A stretch of DNA of 62,870 nucleotides, filler included, from 4 parts of 4 records of this genome joined end to end with filler, not necessarily neighbours in it, one strand, 5' to 3'. Numbered from the whole stretch's first letter, positions 1-11,534 are shown. Made by a program: numbers and translations. Notes: generated from the letters alone by a model not told the origin.

Positions 1-3000
1 AGCAGCAGCACGAGTTTACCACTGGCCTCGTTGTTTTCGTCGGTTCCGCACGCAGCTTCGCGCACGGCGGCGCTTCTCTCGCTGGACGACTTCGACATGG
101 CGCGCGTAATCGAAAAGGGCGTTCCGCTGTTGGCTTCGGGCGGCGAAGTACGTCTGCTTCAACAAAAAGGCACAACAGGACGGTCACTGACACGAATTGT
201 GCTCACTCTTTTTTTTTTTTCGTGTCGCAAGCTGGTTTCGCCGCATTCTTTCTCTGAATTTCGATGGACCTCGCGTTGCTTCGGTGCCGCTGTTGCAGGA
301 GTTCAATGTCACCGAGTCCATGTCGCTCTCCGAACAGCGCAAGCTTCTCCGCCAGCACCTTGGCCTCACAAGCATGGAGGATGTACGTTGGTCGCTCAGC
401 TCGTCGAAGCCGCAGTTTTGATTCTCTGCCATTCTAAGAGGAATGCAAGGTAGACATGCAGAGGCTCGTCCTGTCCGTTGATCGCTGCGCACAATCGCAT
501 GGCCGCCGGTACATATGCGTGGTGCGCTGCGCGCCTGTTCAGGATTCTGGTCTTGTGGAAGACAGCGACATTGCCGGAGTGCGGGCAGAGCCTGTGGTTA
601 CCGAGTTTTCCACTGCATCGAGCGACAGAAACCTGAGCGCGCGTGAACGCAATCGTCTCAAACGTCTCAAGCGAAAACGAGAAGCCGATAGTGTAAATAT
701 AAAACGAGAGGAAAAACGCAGGCGCGCCGATGATGGATCGCTGTGGAGTGATGAAGGGCTCTCATGGCCGTTTGAAGGAATCCTAGTTGCATTGCGCGAT
801 GATCTGTACAGCACGTTTTGGCAGGTACGCGCGTGCTGCATGCACAACCAACAACGCGTTTATGAGATACTGGTGTAACGATATTGAACCACGACAGCAA
901 TATGGATGTGACTCGGCTCGTAAGCCTGTGGAGAGCGGAGCTTCAACCGTTCGGGTGCAGAGCTGGCAGCGCGCGGGAATTGTGCGCGGAGAGCGGAGCT
1001 CGCGCAGCGCTAAGCGCTCAGCTGCGAGACAACTGTGCTCCTTTCCTTCCTTGTTGGTGCTTTGATAGACATCACCACGTATATGTGGCTCTGTAGAGTG
1101 TCGATATTTGAGGATTCCGGTATTTTTGTGTGCATATGGAAACGAAACGGTTTTACGAGCAAGGTGAAGAGTCGCTTTGCCCTGCTTCCAGCGCGCGCGC
1201 GCGCACGTCGTGCTCGCGTCCTGCTCACGTTTCATAACGAACCTGCGCGTCGTGGTGTTCGTCTTCTGTGTATGCAGTGTCGGCACGGGGCGGTTCTTGC
1301 GTTTCGATCTGTCTTATCTCGGCACACGGGCGCCTTGATTCGATCGCAGGGAATGGCGTGGCTCGGGGATGCCATCTGTCGTCTGTTGTCGGTGCTCGCC
1401 CTCGAGCGCTTTGGTGATTTTGGCTCCGATGTCACTGTCCAGCCTGTAGCTGAGACAAGTGCACAGGCAACGGCTGCAGCGGCAGCGAGCCTTCTTGCCC
1501 AAGGTGATACCGTGACCTTCACGCGAATTTGTAGAGCAATTCGCACGTTGGCCTCCCATCCAAGGTATGGAGCATCCCATGTGCGTCGCGCTGTGGGCTT
1601 GGGAAAAATCCTCCGCTCTCTTCGCAGCTTCCTGCCCTCGACATTGACCTCCCCGCTAGCGTGAAGTACATAAATCTCGTATTTAGTCGACCGTGTCGGA
1701 TGGTTTAGGGATTCGGAAAGAGTAAGTTTGTCGATCTGCGCGGGTCCTGGTGCGCAAGTGCGCTCCGGCGCGACTGCGGCACTTGTCTGGCAGGGCGCTA
1801 TCTCTGGTTTGCACGTGATAGGGTGAAGTGGATCCTTACCGCCTCTGATTTCCTGTATTGCACGTGCGAAATATTGATTCGATATCGTAGATGGGAACCT
1901 AGGCTTGGAGGAATGCTCGTATGCAAGTACACTGCGGCTGCTGCAGCTGTGGAGGGGCCTTCGCGCGCGCATGCTGTACTCCGCGAGCTCTTCGCCGTCG
2001 TGCGCGGCTCTCTCGTGGACGCAGATGACGATGTCCGTTCCGCCGCTGCGTCGACGCTACAGTCGTGCGCATTAGCCGTTTTCCAGGTGTGTCCGTACTT
2101 CCGACGAATCGCTGTCGGTTGTGGGAAGCATGCATTTGCATCGTATATTGGAGCATTGCATTCTTGCTTTATGTACAGGCTGACGGTACTCCCTGGACCG
2201 AAGAGCCACGTATTGGTGAATCCCGTCTCGCTCTGTCTTGCATGTTGCTTCAGGTCTTTCCGGCTCGGAATACCGACGCGAACGTGAATGTGATACCATT
2301 CCCGCCTCTTATGTCTACATGTGCGGTATTGCTTTCTTTGTGTGTATGCTTCAGCACTATGATGATCAAACAGCGACAATATGCGCCAAGCTGTGGGACT
2401 CGCTGCGGGATACAGACGACTTGTGCGCTTCCACGGCTGCGGTACTCGCGCTGATTTCCTCATTACACGACCACGGTGTAACGGGTGATCGACTCGTGGC
2501 TCACCTCGCTGTAGCACCTGCTGAGCCTCTCACGGAAGCGGAAACCCGGCTTGGCCCTCCGGTGCCTGCGCCACAAGGTACAGGCGCGGTGGTGTTCGTG
2601 TGCAGTGGCGTGTTCTCCCGTTGTACTCGCAAGAACTCCTTCCAGCGCGCTCTGCATCCCCTTCCACCTCCGGTCGAAATTCCGTGGATCGAGCACATCG
2701 ACATACGCTTGTCTCCGTCAATCTCCTGTTGCAACCACAATTTCATGTTGTATACAAGAGAGGAATGTGCTGAAGGATTCATGTTGCTCAGTTGTTGTTG
2801 TTGTTTTTTTGTGTGCCAATACTTTGCTGGGGCTCTCGTGCGCGTCCTTAACATACTGAAATTCATTTTTCTTTTCTCTTCTTTTGGTTCCTGTGGTCGC
2901 GCGTGTACCCTTTTTGTAGGCGATGTCCCAGTGCTTGCGCGCATCGTACCGCGATTATTCCTCTTTGTCCGCCATCCACAGCGTGCCGTACGCACATGCG

Positions 3001-6000
3001 CTCTACGCCTGATCGAGTCTCTGTCAAAGGGGCCCGAAGGCTCGTCGTGGGCGCGTTATTGCGGCTGGCGCGCGCTTGGGTTTCTCACAACGAGCGTCAT
3101 TCTCGAGACGGATTCCACTGTTGCGACAGCGGCGGAGGAAGCCGCGCGCTCCGTCATTAGCTCCCTTCACGCCGAAGGTATATTGGCGGACGCTGTGCGT
3201 GTGGTTGGTATGGATGCGCTCGTAGCTCTGGGAAGCCCCAACGATGAACCGGCTCGCACTGCCTTTGCACAGGCGCTGGGCGAGCTGCAGTCGCGCGCTC
3301 GCTCCGCGCGCGCCGCTGCCGGTCGCACGCTGCGTGCCCCGGGCGGCGCCTCGGGCGATGGTGCCACCGAGGGCGCTGCAGGAGAGAACGGCGTCGCGTC
3401 GGACGCGCTCGGTTTGTCGACACCGCTCGACCCTGCGGCGCGCCTGCGGGGCGCTTCGATTATTTCGGCCGCGCTCACACTGTGCGGCGACGAAGATGCG
3501 TCTGCGGCGCTCCGGGATTTCGCGCGGCGCCAACCGTCGACTGCGCACGCAGCGATGGCGCGCGTTGCCGCTGCCGCTGTATGCGGTGGGACGCGTCTGC
3601 CGCTGCACGACCCAGACGCAGCATTAGCCCTTTCACCGCCGCCCTCCGATGACGCCAAGACAGGTCAAGTTGGCGGAACTGTACTCTGCGCTTGGCTGGT
3701 GGAGTGCGCGGCCCCGCTCGAGCGCATGCGCACAGCGGCGCGCGCGCTGATAGCGCTGTTCGAGACCGATGGTCTCGATGCGCCCACTACGACCGCCGCT
3801 CGTGAGCTGTGTGATTCCCTGTTCCCCACAGACGCCACGGAGCTAGGTGGTGCGACGTTTGAGGAATGGAACGTCGCGATTCGTCCTCCCAGCGCAGCGG
3901 CAGCTTCTTCGCGCGAAGGCGCTCGTCGCCGGCTGCTCGCTGCGGCGTCAACCGTTCTCGAGACCGAGGCGGAAGCAGCGCGCGCTGCGCGTGCAGCAGC
4001 TGGATACGCTGTAGTGCGTGCTGTGGAGCGTGAAATGCCAGCAAAGATCACACCGCTTGCTCGCGCGCTTGTGGGAGCTCTACGCGAAGAGCGGAACGAA
4101 GCGATGCAGCGCTTGGCAGCTCGCGGTGCTGCAGCAGCTGTTGTGCGCCTTGCTGCTCGCACGCCGTCGCCTGCACCGAAACTCCTGCGCAACATCCTGC
4201 AGCTCCTGCAGCCCCAGCGCCTCCGCGACGCCGCTCGTGATCGCGAAGCTGCGAGCACGCAAGAGCAGCTCGGCGAGGCATCGCGAGGGCGCACCAACGC
4301 GACGAGCTCCAGCAGTAGCGCGCAGGCGCACGGCAATCTTCCGGACGCGGCCTCTGCCGCCGCCCAAGACCGCAGCGGCCGGCTTTTCGTGGAAGCTCTG
4401 TGCGATGAGGAGCGCGGAAATCCTTTTGCGGCAGTCACGAGCCTGCGCGGCGCGCTGTGCGAGGGAACGCCCGACGCGCACCGCGCGCTGCTAGTGGCGG
4501 CGCCGCTCCTCAACGAGGAAGCTGCGGGCGAGCTCGCAGGCACCGTCGTGCCTCTCGCATCGCGAGCGCTGACCGTGGACGATGCGCACGAGCGCGCCGA
4601 AGCTGCGCGGTGCATGGGAGCGCTCGTGGCTGCGCACGCGCGCATTTTCGCGACTCCGGTCCTGCGCGCGCTCGATGCCGCCGCCGCCGCGACCTCGGAC
4701 AGCGCGCGTGCGGGAGCAGCAGCAGCCGCGGGCGCGGTTGCCGCTGCAGCAGGACTCGGCGTGCTCCCGATCTTGCCGTCGCTGCTTGCGCTTGCGCTGC
4801 GCCGCTCCGCCGATCCCTCTCCCATCGTGCGCGCGGCAGCTGCGCCGTGTCTGGCCAATCTCATCGCTCTCGCCCCGCTCGCAGTTGGCATCGATGAGCC
4901 GGAGTGGCTCGACACGAGGTGCGACGTTGCTTCGCTCGCGCTCGGGCGCACTTGAGTGAGAGTGGTGGAGTTTGCGTCAGTATTCATGCGCGGTCAGAGG
5001 TGGTGGCGCGTCCTGGGTACATGGGTGTCGGCTCGATGGATCTGCGCCGTAGAAATGCCGTAGCGTGTGCGTGCGAGTGCACATCAACGTCAGAACTCCC
5101 TGTTTCCAGAATGCGGACTCGCCGCACGCCTCGGTGAGATTTGCTCCACTGCTGATGAGAGTACATGTTTGTTTCAGTAGGACTGCCGTATGTGGTACAC
5201 GCGGCAACTGATCGCGCTTTGCGGTGCAAGCTGCGTCCTGTGATGCCTCGGTTCCTGTCGAGGAGTTTGTTCTTTGCTTTCGACGCGCCGCGTTTCGCTT
5301 GCAGAGCCGGGTTCCTTCTCCTTCGTTTTACGCTCCTCCTTGAGCGGCCTCACACGTTCACCCTCTCGTTCTCTTTTGCTCTTGTCATCCGTTTCGGCGC
5401 GATCAGCTTACAGGAAGAGCGGCGCAAACACCTTGGATTTCTGGACAAGCTTTTGTCTGGAAAACCGCCTGTCCCAACACTTGCAGCGAAACTCGAAACC
5501 ACTCTCCGGGACTACCAGGTGTGCTGGAAATGGATCTGTTGTGCGGCGCCGTTGCTCCGTTGAGCACTTCTCGCGTAGGTCGCGCTGCCAGCGTCGATGC
5601 GTGTACGCTGACTCTGGGGAATGTAGCGGGCTGGGCGATGCCGAAGAAAGGCGGAAAGTACAGTTCGCAGAGCGTGTACTCGGCCAGGACGTTGCGCGGT
5701 GTGTGGCTCGCTTGTCGACTCGGGCTCTTCACACCCGGTTTTGCTTGTGAGACCGCATGATACGGCATGCACTCCTTTATTTCCCGTTGCGTATCTGACG
5801 GCGAGGCTGTGCTGTCGTGTTGTTTTGTCTTGCTCTGCGCGCGCGCTCTTCCGATCCAGAGCGAGGGCGTTGCGTGGCTGCTGTTCCTCGCCGAAGCTGG
5901 GCTGCACGGTGTACTCGCGGACGACATGGGACTCGGAAAAACTCTGCAAACTCTCGCTGCTGTCTCGCATGCGCACAGCACGTACAATGACAGTGAGTCG

Positions 6001-6320
6001 CGCGCCTCGCTCGTAGTGTGTCCGGGAACGGTCGTACAGCACTGGGCGTTCGAGGCTGAGCGGCATCTCGGTGACTCTGTGGCGGTGTTCGCCGTTATCG
6101 GGCCGCCGGCTCGTCGCAGTGCTGCCCGAGCGGCTGCGCACCAGGCGCGCGCGGCCGGAAACGACATTATTGTGGTCACTTCGTACGAAGGGCTACGTGC
6201 CGATCTCGACGAGTTTTTACAGGAGACGTATGTGTATGTCGTTCTGGACGAGGGGCATTTGATTCGGAACCCACAGTCGCGAACGACCATCGCGTGTAAG
6301 TGCGTGCGCGCTTTGCATCG
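1..6320 (+). CDS. MOT1: TBP-associated Snf2-family ATPase MOT1/BTAF1, partial, spliced (eukaryotic)
   Basis: Exons inferred at <1-147, 299-382, 543-824, 1278-1564, 1891-2086, 2355-2577, 2920-4918, 5407-5518, 5860-6320, separated by GT-AG introns with consistent phases; another intron starts at 6321 (GTACGT). Joined protein has Mot1 motifs WQCRHGA, VLALERFGDF..D..V.PV.ET.AQ, WEPRLGG, DADDDVRSAAA, LW..L.DTDDLCAST, then LRDYQ-SEGV.WL, ADDMGLGKTLQ (Walker A) and LDEGHLIRN (Walker B). Confidence 0.9.
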
Positions 6321-6424
6321 GTACGTTCCACCTTCCTCAGAAGTAGTGCTGGTAGTCGGTGCGGTCTCGACCTTGCTGCTCTTTTGTTCGGTTTGCGCAC
6401 GAATGAGCCACTTAGTTTCCACAC

Positions 6425-6524
6425 NNNNNNNNNNNNNNNNNNNNNNNNNNNNNNNNNNNNNNNNNNNNTTAATTAATTAANNNNNNNNNNNNNNNNNNNN
6501 NNNNNNNNNNNNNNNNNNNNNNNN
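6425..6524. other. Artificial contig spacer (N44-TTAATTAATTAA-N44)
   Basis: N runs around a palindromic all-frame stop linker; composition and taxon change across it. Confidence 0.99.
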
Positions 6525-6588
6525 AAAGATACCTCCTTAACGCACCAAGGCGATCAATGAGACTCTTATAATGGTCCGTGGTTATCAT
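6525..6588 (-). CDS. prfB: Peptide chain release factor 2, 5' fragment up to the programmed +1 frameshift site
   Basis: Minus strand reads MITTDHYKSLIDRLGALRRYL and ends AGG AGG TAT CTT T at the contig edge, the classic prfB signal (internal SD + CTT TGA C). Too short for the ORF track. Confidence 0.88.
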
Positions 6589-6606
6589 ATCCTAATAATT
6601 TTCAGC

Positions 6607-6614
6607 CAAAAATA
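6607..6614 (-). promoter_or_regulatory. Bacteroidota -7 promoter element for prfB
   Basis: TATTTTTG (TAnnTTTG) on the minus strand 18 nt upstream of the ATG. Confidence 0.6.
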
Positions 6615-6655
6615 GGATTCTTTTTTTTGATTTTGGACCAAATGGGAAATGTTAT

Positions 6656-7507
6656 TTATTGTTGCGCCTGTACCTCAACGGAATGGGAGGTTTTGTTAGC
6701 TCCATGGGAGTAAACTACCCCTTTTAAAGGGGAGCAATCATTAAAGTCCTTACCGTGGGCTACTTTAATGTGGTTGTCATCTACCAATAAATTGTTGGTA
6801 GGGTCAAAGCCTACCCATCCAACCTGAGGCACGTAGGTCTCGGCCCAAGCGTGCATCTGCGAGTCTCCAAAGTACCCATTTCCCTGATGCAAATATCCAG
6901 AAACATAGCGGGCGGGAATCTTATTGGCCCGGGCCAAGGCACAGAATAAATGTGCAAAATCCTGACATACACCTTCCGGATTTTCAAGGATTTCTTCCAA
7001 GAGGGTATTCACGTGGGTTACACCCGTGTTGAATTTTATAAACTGATAGACCCAGGTATTTAATTTTTGAAGATTATCAAATATACTTAGGGCAGGATCA
7101 AAAACAAATAGATTTTTTGAAGCTTGCGGCAAGGTTGTAAATTTCGTCTGGCCTAAAAAAGGCTCATAATCTACCTTGAAATCCAAACTTTGAACAAGCT
7201 CATAATTGCTTGCGATATTAAAAACTGGCACTTGTCCAAAAGGATTGAAGCTTTTTTTCTTTAGTTTAAAAGTGGCCCTAAAATTTAATTTTTGGAATTT
7301 TTCCAGGGTATTGATCCGTACGGTCCGAAAACCATAACCATTTTCCGAAAACTCATTTTTGGCACCCAATGAATTCTTAACATCGACACGCATCAATTCT
7401 TGTGTGTCGTTATTTTCGGGTACAATTAGAAATTGCCAGGAGGCATTATCTACCGGATTTTCGTACTCATTTTCGGCATTATAGGTAATTGAATATTCAA
7501 AAGACAT
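6656..7507 (-). CDS. Transglutaminase-like protein (Bact_transglu_N + core)
   Basis: Catalytic triad motifs GVCQDF, HAW, FDPTN; RYVSGYL; third gene of the ATP-grasp operon. Confidence 0.92.
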   Translation of the reverse strand: MSFEYSITYNAENEYENPVDNASWQFLIVPENNDTQELMRVDVKNSLGAKNEFSENGYGFRTVRINTLEKFQKLNFRATFKLKKKSFNPFGQVPVFNIASNYELVQSLDFKVDYEPFLGQTKFTTLPQASKNLFVFDPALSIFDNLQKLNTWVYQFIKFNTGVTHVNTLLEEILENPEGVCQDFAHLFCALARANKIPARYVSGYLHQGNGYFGDSQMHAWAETYVPQVGWVGFDPTNNLLVDDNHIKVAHGKDFNDCSPLKGVVYSHGANKTSHSVEVQAQQ

Positions 7508-7525
7508 TTCAAGTGGTTCTTAATG

Positions 7526-7533
7526 CAAATGTA
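7526..7533 (-). promoter_or_regulatory. Possible internal -7 promoter for the transglutaminase gene
   Basis: TACATTTG on the minus strand in the 42-bp gap, 18 nt upstream of the ATG. Confidence 0.45.
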
Positions 7534-7549
7534 GGTCAATGGTTTAAAA

Positions 7550-8497
7550 TCAATAGTTAAAAAACTCATTTTCCATTTTAAGGCTGATCTGCACCAGATT
7601 ATCGAGAATTTTTTCAATAAATGCTTGAATGTCCTCTTCAATTTCCTCGGCATATTTAAATTCATACTCCCCTTTAACTTTGCTTATTAAAAAGGCAGTG
7701 GAATTTTTGTTGGGAGTTTTGGATTCATCCAATACCCTAATATGTTTATGGACCTGGTTGATACTGTTGATGACCGATCTTGGACAATCTGGGTTTAATA
7801 TTAAAAATTCCAAGGTAGAGATACTCGTAGGGGTCTTTTTGTAATACCTACGCATCATATCATAAGATTCCACACATTTGAGCAAGGTGATCCATTCAAA
7901 GCTATGGCCTATTTTGTCGCCATAACTGCCTTTGGCCCTTACGGCATCATTGTATTTGGCGTTGATGATCCGAATTACCTGTGTAGCCCTTTCCAAATTT
8001 ATGCCAAGCATGATAATGGCGTATACTTCATCGTGCAAAAGTGTGCCCCGGATCTTGCCTCTTAAAATGGCGGTCATTTCAGTGACATTTACGGTAAAAT
8101 CGTATAAACCCTTTTTGGTAAAATCCTCAACTGAATAATTGATTACAAAATGATAGAATTTATTAATGGCTTCGTATAGTTCGGTAGATATAAGGTCCCT
8201 GGCACTATTGGCATTCTCTCGCGCGCTTTTTACATTGTTGATCACAGAATAGTGTAGGTCTGGGTTTAGGCCAATATTGTAAAGAATATCCTCTTCCTTA
8301 AGTATTACGGAATCGTCCGCTATAGGTTCCCCTACAAAGAACATCATGGAACGCAGAACAAATTGTCTGGATTGGGAAAGTTCATTAGGTGCATCCAGAG
8401 ACGAGAAATAATTTACGTTCAGGTATCTGGCAACATGCTCGGCGCGTTCAATATAACGCCCCATCCAAAAAAGGTTATTGGCAACTCTTGCTAACAT
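7550..8497 (-). CDS. Alpha-E domain protein (DUF403)
   Basis: MLARVANNLFWMGRYIERAE N-terminus, ARENA motif, second ER motif (LERA), PRS motif. Confidence 0.93.
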   Translation of the reverse strand: MLARVANNLFWMGRYIERAEHVARYLNVNYFSSLDAPNELSQSRQFVLRSMMFFVGEPIADDSVILKEEDILYNIGLNPDLHYSVINNVKSARENANSARDLISTELYEAINKFYHFVINYSVEDFTKKGLYDFTVNVTEMTAILRGKIRGTLLHDEVYAIIMLGINLERATQVIRIINAKYNDAVRAKGSYGDKIGHSFEWITLLKCVESYDMMRRYYKKTPTSISTLEFLILNPDCPRSVINSINQVHKHIRVLDESKTPNKNSTAFLISKVKGEYEFKYAEEIEEDIQAFIEKILDNLVQISLKMENEFFNY

Positions 8498-8506
8498 AGG
8501 ATTGTT

Positions 8507-9970
8507 TTATTTTTTTAATACCCAGGTGTCTTTGGAACCTCCTCCTTGTGAGGAATTTACTATGAGGTTTCCTCTTTTTAACGCTACCCTTGAGAGTCCT
8601 CCCTTAAGGACAAATTCCTTTTCATGACCCAAAAGTGTAAAGGTCCTTAGGTCTACGTGTCGTTGTTCAAAGGATTCACTATCGTCTATATAGGTAGGAT
8701 GCACGGACAAGGACATAATGGGTTGTGCAATATATTTTCTTGGGTTTTGTTTTATCTCTTCCTGGACTACCTTAATTTCATCCTTAGTGAGTCGGTTGCC
8801 AATGGAAATACCATAACCACCTGCCTCGTCCACGGGTTTTATAACTAGTTCATGTATATGTTCCAATACATATTTAAGCTCATCGGGCCTGCTACAGTGA
8901 TAGGTATGGACATTGTTTAGTATAGGGGTTTCGTCCAAATAGTATTTAATGATCTGAGGCATATAGGTATATATGGCCTTATCATCTGCTACGCCGGTTC
9001 CTGGTGCATTTGCCAAACAAACGTTGCCCTTTCTATAGGCCGCGAACAGGCCGGGTACCCCCAGTGCCGACTCGGGTTTGAACTCTAATGGATCCATGTA
9101 TAGGTCATCAACACGGCGATAAATTACATCAACTTTTATTGGGCCGCGGATAGTCTTCATATATACAAAGTCGTTCTCAACGAACAGATCCCGGCCTTCC
9201 ACCAATTCTACACCCATGGCTTTGGCAAGATAGGAATGCTCATAAAAGGCAGAGTTGTACATCCCAGGGGTAAGGACCACACAATTGGGGACATCTACTC
9301 CTTTCGGTTTTACACTTTCCAGAATCTCCAAGAGGTTTTCGGCGTAATTGGTTACCGAATGGGTTTTGTAGTGGTTAAAAACTCCGAAAAGGGCCCTCTT
9401 TAAGGCTGTGCGATTACAAACAACATAGCTTACACCGGAGGGACATCTAATGTTGTCTTCAAGTACATAATAATTGCCGTCTGAGTGTTTGATGATATCT
9501 GTGCCTGAAATATGATTGTAAATGCCTCCCGGTGGATCTACTCCTATCATTTGATGTAAATAGTTGGCGGAGGAGCTTATGAGGTCTAACGGGACTATCC
9601 CATCCTTGATAATCTTCTTGTCGTGATAAATGTCCCATAGAAACAGGTTCAAGGCCTTACTGCGCTGTATGGCCCCCGTTTCAATGATTTCCCATTCATC
9701 TTCGTCTATAATTCTAGGAAAAAGATCAAAAGGAAATATCTTCTCCTGGGTCACTTTATTGTCATAGACCTGAAAAGTTATCCCTTGGTTGAAAAATGAG
9801 GCCTTTGCCTTATTGTTCAACTGTACATATTCCTGTATGGAATGATTCCCGTACAAATCCAATAATTTTTGATAAACATTTTTTGCAACTCCATTGGAAT
9901 CAAAAACTTCATCAAAAAGTTGGGCATTGTTGTCGTAAGATGAAAATATAGTTTTTACGTCCGATTTCAT
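8507..9970 (-). CDS. Circularly permuted type 2 ATP-grasp protein (DUF404/DUF407)
   Basis: FPFDLFPRII, VLEDNIRCPSGVSY, VDVIYRRVDD, NAPGTGVADDK, RHVDLR, VNSSQGGGSKDTWVL. Confidence 0.94.
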   Translation of the reverse strand: MKSDVKTIFSSYDNNAQLFDEVFDSNGVAKNVYQKLLDLYGNHSIQEYVQLNNKAKASFFNQGITFQVYDNKVTQEKIFPFDLFPRIIDEDEWEIIETGAIQRSKALNLFLWDIYHDKKIIKDGIVPLDLISSSANYLHQMIGVDPPGGIYNHISGTDIIKHSDGNYYVLEDNIRCPSGVSYVVCNRTALKRALFGVFNHYKTHSVTNYAENLLEILESVKPKGVDVPNCVVLTPGMYNSAFYEHSYLAKAMGVELVEGRDLFVENDFVYMKTIRGPIKVDVIYRRVDDLYMDPLEFKPESALGVPGLFAAYRKGNVCLANAPGTGVADDKAIYTYMPQIIKYYLDETPILNNVHTYHCSRPDELKYVLEHIHELVIKPVDEAGGYGISIGNRLTKDEIKVVQEEIKQNPRKYIAQPIMSLSVHPTYIDDSESFEQRHVDLRTFTLLGHEKEFVLKGGLSRVALKRGNLIVNSSQGGGSKDTWVLKK

Positions 9971-10135
9971 ACGCCTATTTTCTTTGAAGATAACGTATTT
10001 GTGAATCTTTTGAAATAATAAATTGAATTTACCAAGAGAATTATCTAAAGTTGAAAAATTTACGGGAAATATTATTGAAAATTATTTATACTGAGGGAAA
10101 ATATTCCTTCTTGAGAATGTTATTATCCTTTTGTA

Positions 10136-10143
10136 TAAATTTG
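10136..10143 (+). promoter_or_regulatory. Bacteroidota -7 promoter element for ltaE
   Basis: TAAATTTG about 50 nt upstream of the ATG. Confidence 0.5.
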
Positions 10144-10193
10144 GCAACTCGGTTAAAAAAACCGTTTAATATTTAATATAATTCTTGTTCTAG

Positions 10194-11216
10194 ATGCAGA
10201 TAAACCTTATTAGCGATACCGTCACAAAACCTACTTCTGGAATGTTGGATGCGATGATGCAGGCTAAAGTTGGCGATGATGTTTTTAAAAATGATCCTAC
10301 TGTAAACAAGTTGGAGGAAATGATGGCAGAATTGTTCGGAATGGAAGCGGCCTTATTTTTTCCAAGTGGTACCATGGCAAACCAAACCGCCATTAAATTA
10401 CATACACAACCAGGGGAACAATTAATTTGTGATAAATACGCACATGTTTATAATTATGAAGGGGGAGGGGTGAGTTTCAATAGTGGCGTTTCCTGTAGGT
10501 TGGTGGACGGTCATAGGGGAATGATGACCGCAGCTCAAGTAAAGGAAGTAATAAACCCACCAGATTTTTATCATAGCCCATTAACTTCTTTGGTTTGTAT
10601 AGAAAATACAACCAATAAGGGAGGCGGGGCCTGTTGGGATCTTGAAGAATTGAAGTCCATAAGAAAGGTTTGTGACGGGCATCATCTGAAATATCATTTG
10701 GATGGGGCGAGACTATGGAATGCCCTGATCGCAAAAAATGAATCACCCTTGGATTACGGGGCGTTGTTCCATACCATAAGCGTGTGTTTAAGCAAAGGGC
10801 TGGGATGTCCCGTAGGTTCCGTTTTGTTGGGCAACAAAGAGCATATTGCGAAAGCACTAAGGGTAAGAAAGGTGCTCGGAGGTGGGATGCGACAGGTAGG
10901 TTACCTTGCGGCCGCCGGAATTTACGCCTTGGAAAACAATAGGGAGAGATTGGAGGAAGACCATAGGAAGGCCAAGGAAATAAGTGTTTTGCTAAACGGA
11001 TTGCCCTTCATTAAAAAGGTAGAACCCACGGAAACCAATATTGTGATTTTCGAAATTGATGAAAGGCATATGTCCCCTGATGATTTTTTGGACAAACTGA
11101 ACAAAAGGGATGTTCACATCATCGGGATGGGCCAAAATAAATTGCGTATCGTTACCCATTTGGATTATACTGATGAAATGCACGAGGAATTTATGGGTAT
11201 TCTTGCAAAATTATAG
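10194..11216 (+). CDS. ltaE: Low-specificity L-threonine aldolase
   Basis: SDTVTKPT, GDDV, PSGTMAN, HLDGARL, PLP lysine in CLSKGLG, GGGMRQ. Confidence 0.93.
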   Translation: MQINLISDTVTKPTSGMLDAMMQAKVGDDVFKNDPTVNKLEEMMAELFGMEAALFFPSGTMANQTAIKLHTQPGEQLICDKYAHVYNYEGGGVSFNSGVSCRLVDGHRGMMTAAQVKEVINPPDFYHSPLTSLVCIENTTNKGGGACWDLEELKSIRKVCDGHHLKYHLDGARLWNALIAKNESPLDYGALFHTISVCLSKGLGCPVGSVLLGNKEHIAKALRVRKVLGGGMRQVGYLAAAGIYALENNRERLEEDHRKAKEISVLLNGLPFIKKVEPTETNIVIFEIDERHMSPDDFLDKLNKRDVHIIGMGQNKLRIVTHLDYTDEMHEEFMGILAKL

Positions 11217-11534
11217 GCCAATGGTATCTGGCAATAAGGTAATGCTTGTTTTAAGATTTTTTATGCCATTTTCCATTCCGGCTTCGGAACTATAAAGCAT
11301 GGATTTGCCCAAAATTTTACCTTCACTATTCTTAAGAGTAAAAAGAAATTTGCCATTATAGTCGGTCTTGCGTTCAAAAACCGAAGATTGCCCAATTAAG
11401 ACCTTAAGATTGGCAATGGTCTTGTCAATCTCTTCCCTGGAATTAAAGGGGATACTGTTCAGAAGTGTTTGTCCACTTTCCGACTGCAGACTAAAGGTGT
11501 ATGATGTGTCCGATTCCTTTTTTATTTTTAGCAT
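11211..11534 (-). CDS. YegP/DUF1508 family protein
   Basis: Duplicated small domain, second copy GKFLFTLKN..G.ILG.S..YSSEAGMENGI. Confidence 0.85.
   Translation of the reverse strand: MLKIKKESDTSYTFSLQSESGQTLLNSIPFNSREEIDKTIANLKVLIGQSSVFERKTDYNGKFLFTLKNSEGKILGKSMLYSSEAGMENGIKNLKTSITLLPDTIGL

Noticed and set aside
2238-4955. 905-aa ORF as a stand-alone gene
   Set aside because: It is MOT1 exons plus read-through intron sequence.
3665-4987. 440-aa Ala/Ser/Arg-rich antisense ORF (also 53818-55191)
   Set aside because: Opposite to MOT1 or RAD50 coding sequence in very GC-rich DNA.
148-6424. Non-canonical introns, intronic snoRNAs or an alternative genetic code
   Set aside because: All inferred introns are GT-AG, exons translate with the standard code, and I saw no convincing C/D or H/ACA box pairs.
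6469-6480. TTAATTAATTAA repeated three times in the window
   Set aside because: Synthetic linker inside N padding, not a biological repeat or CRISPR.
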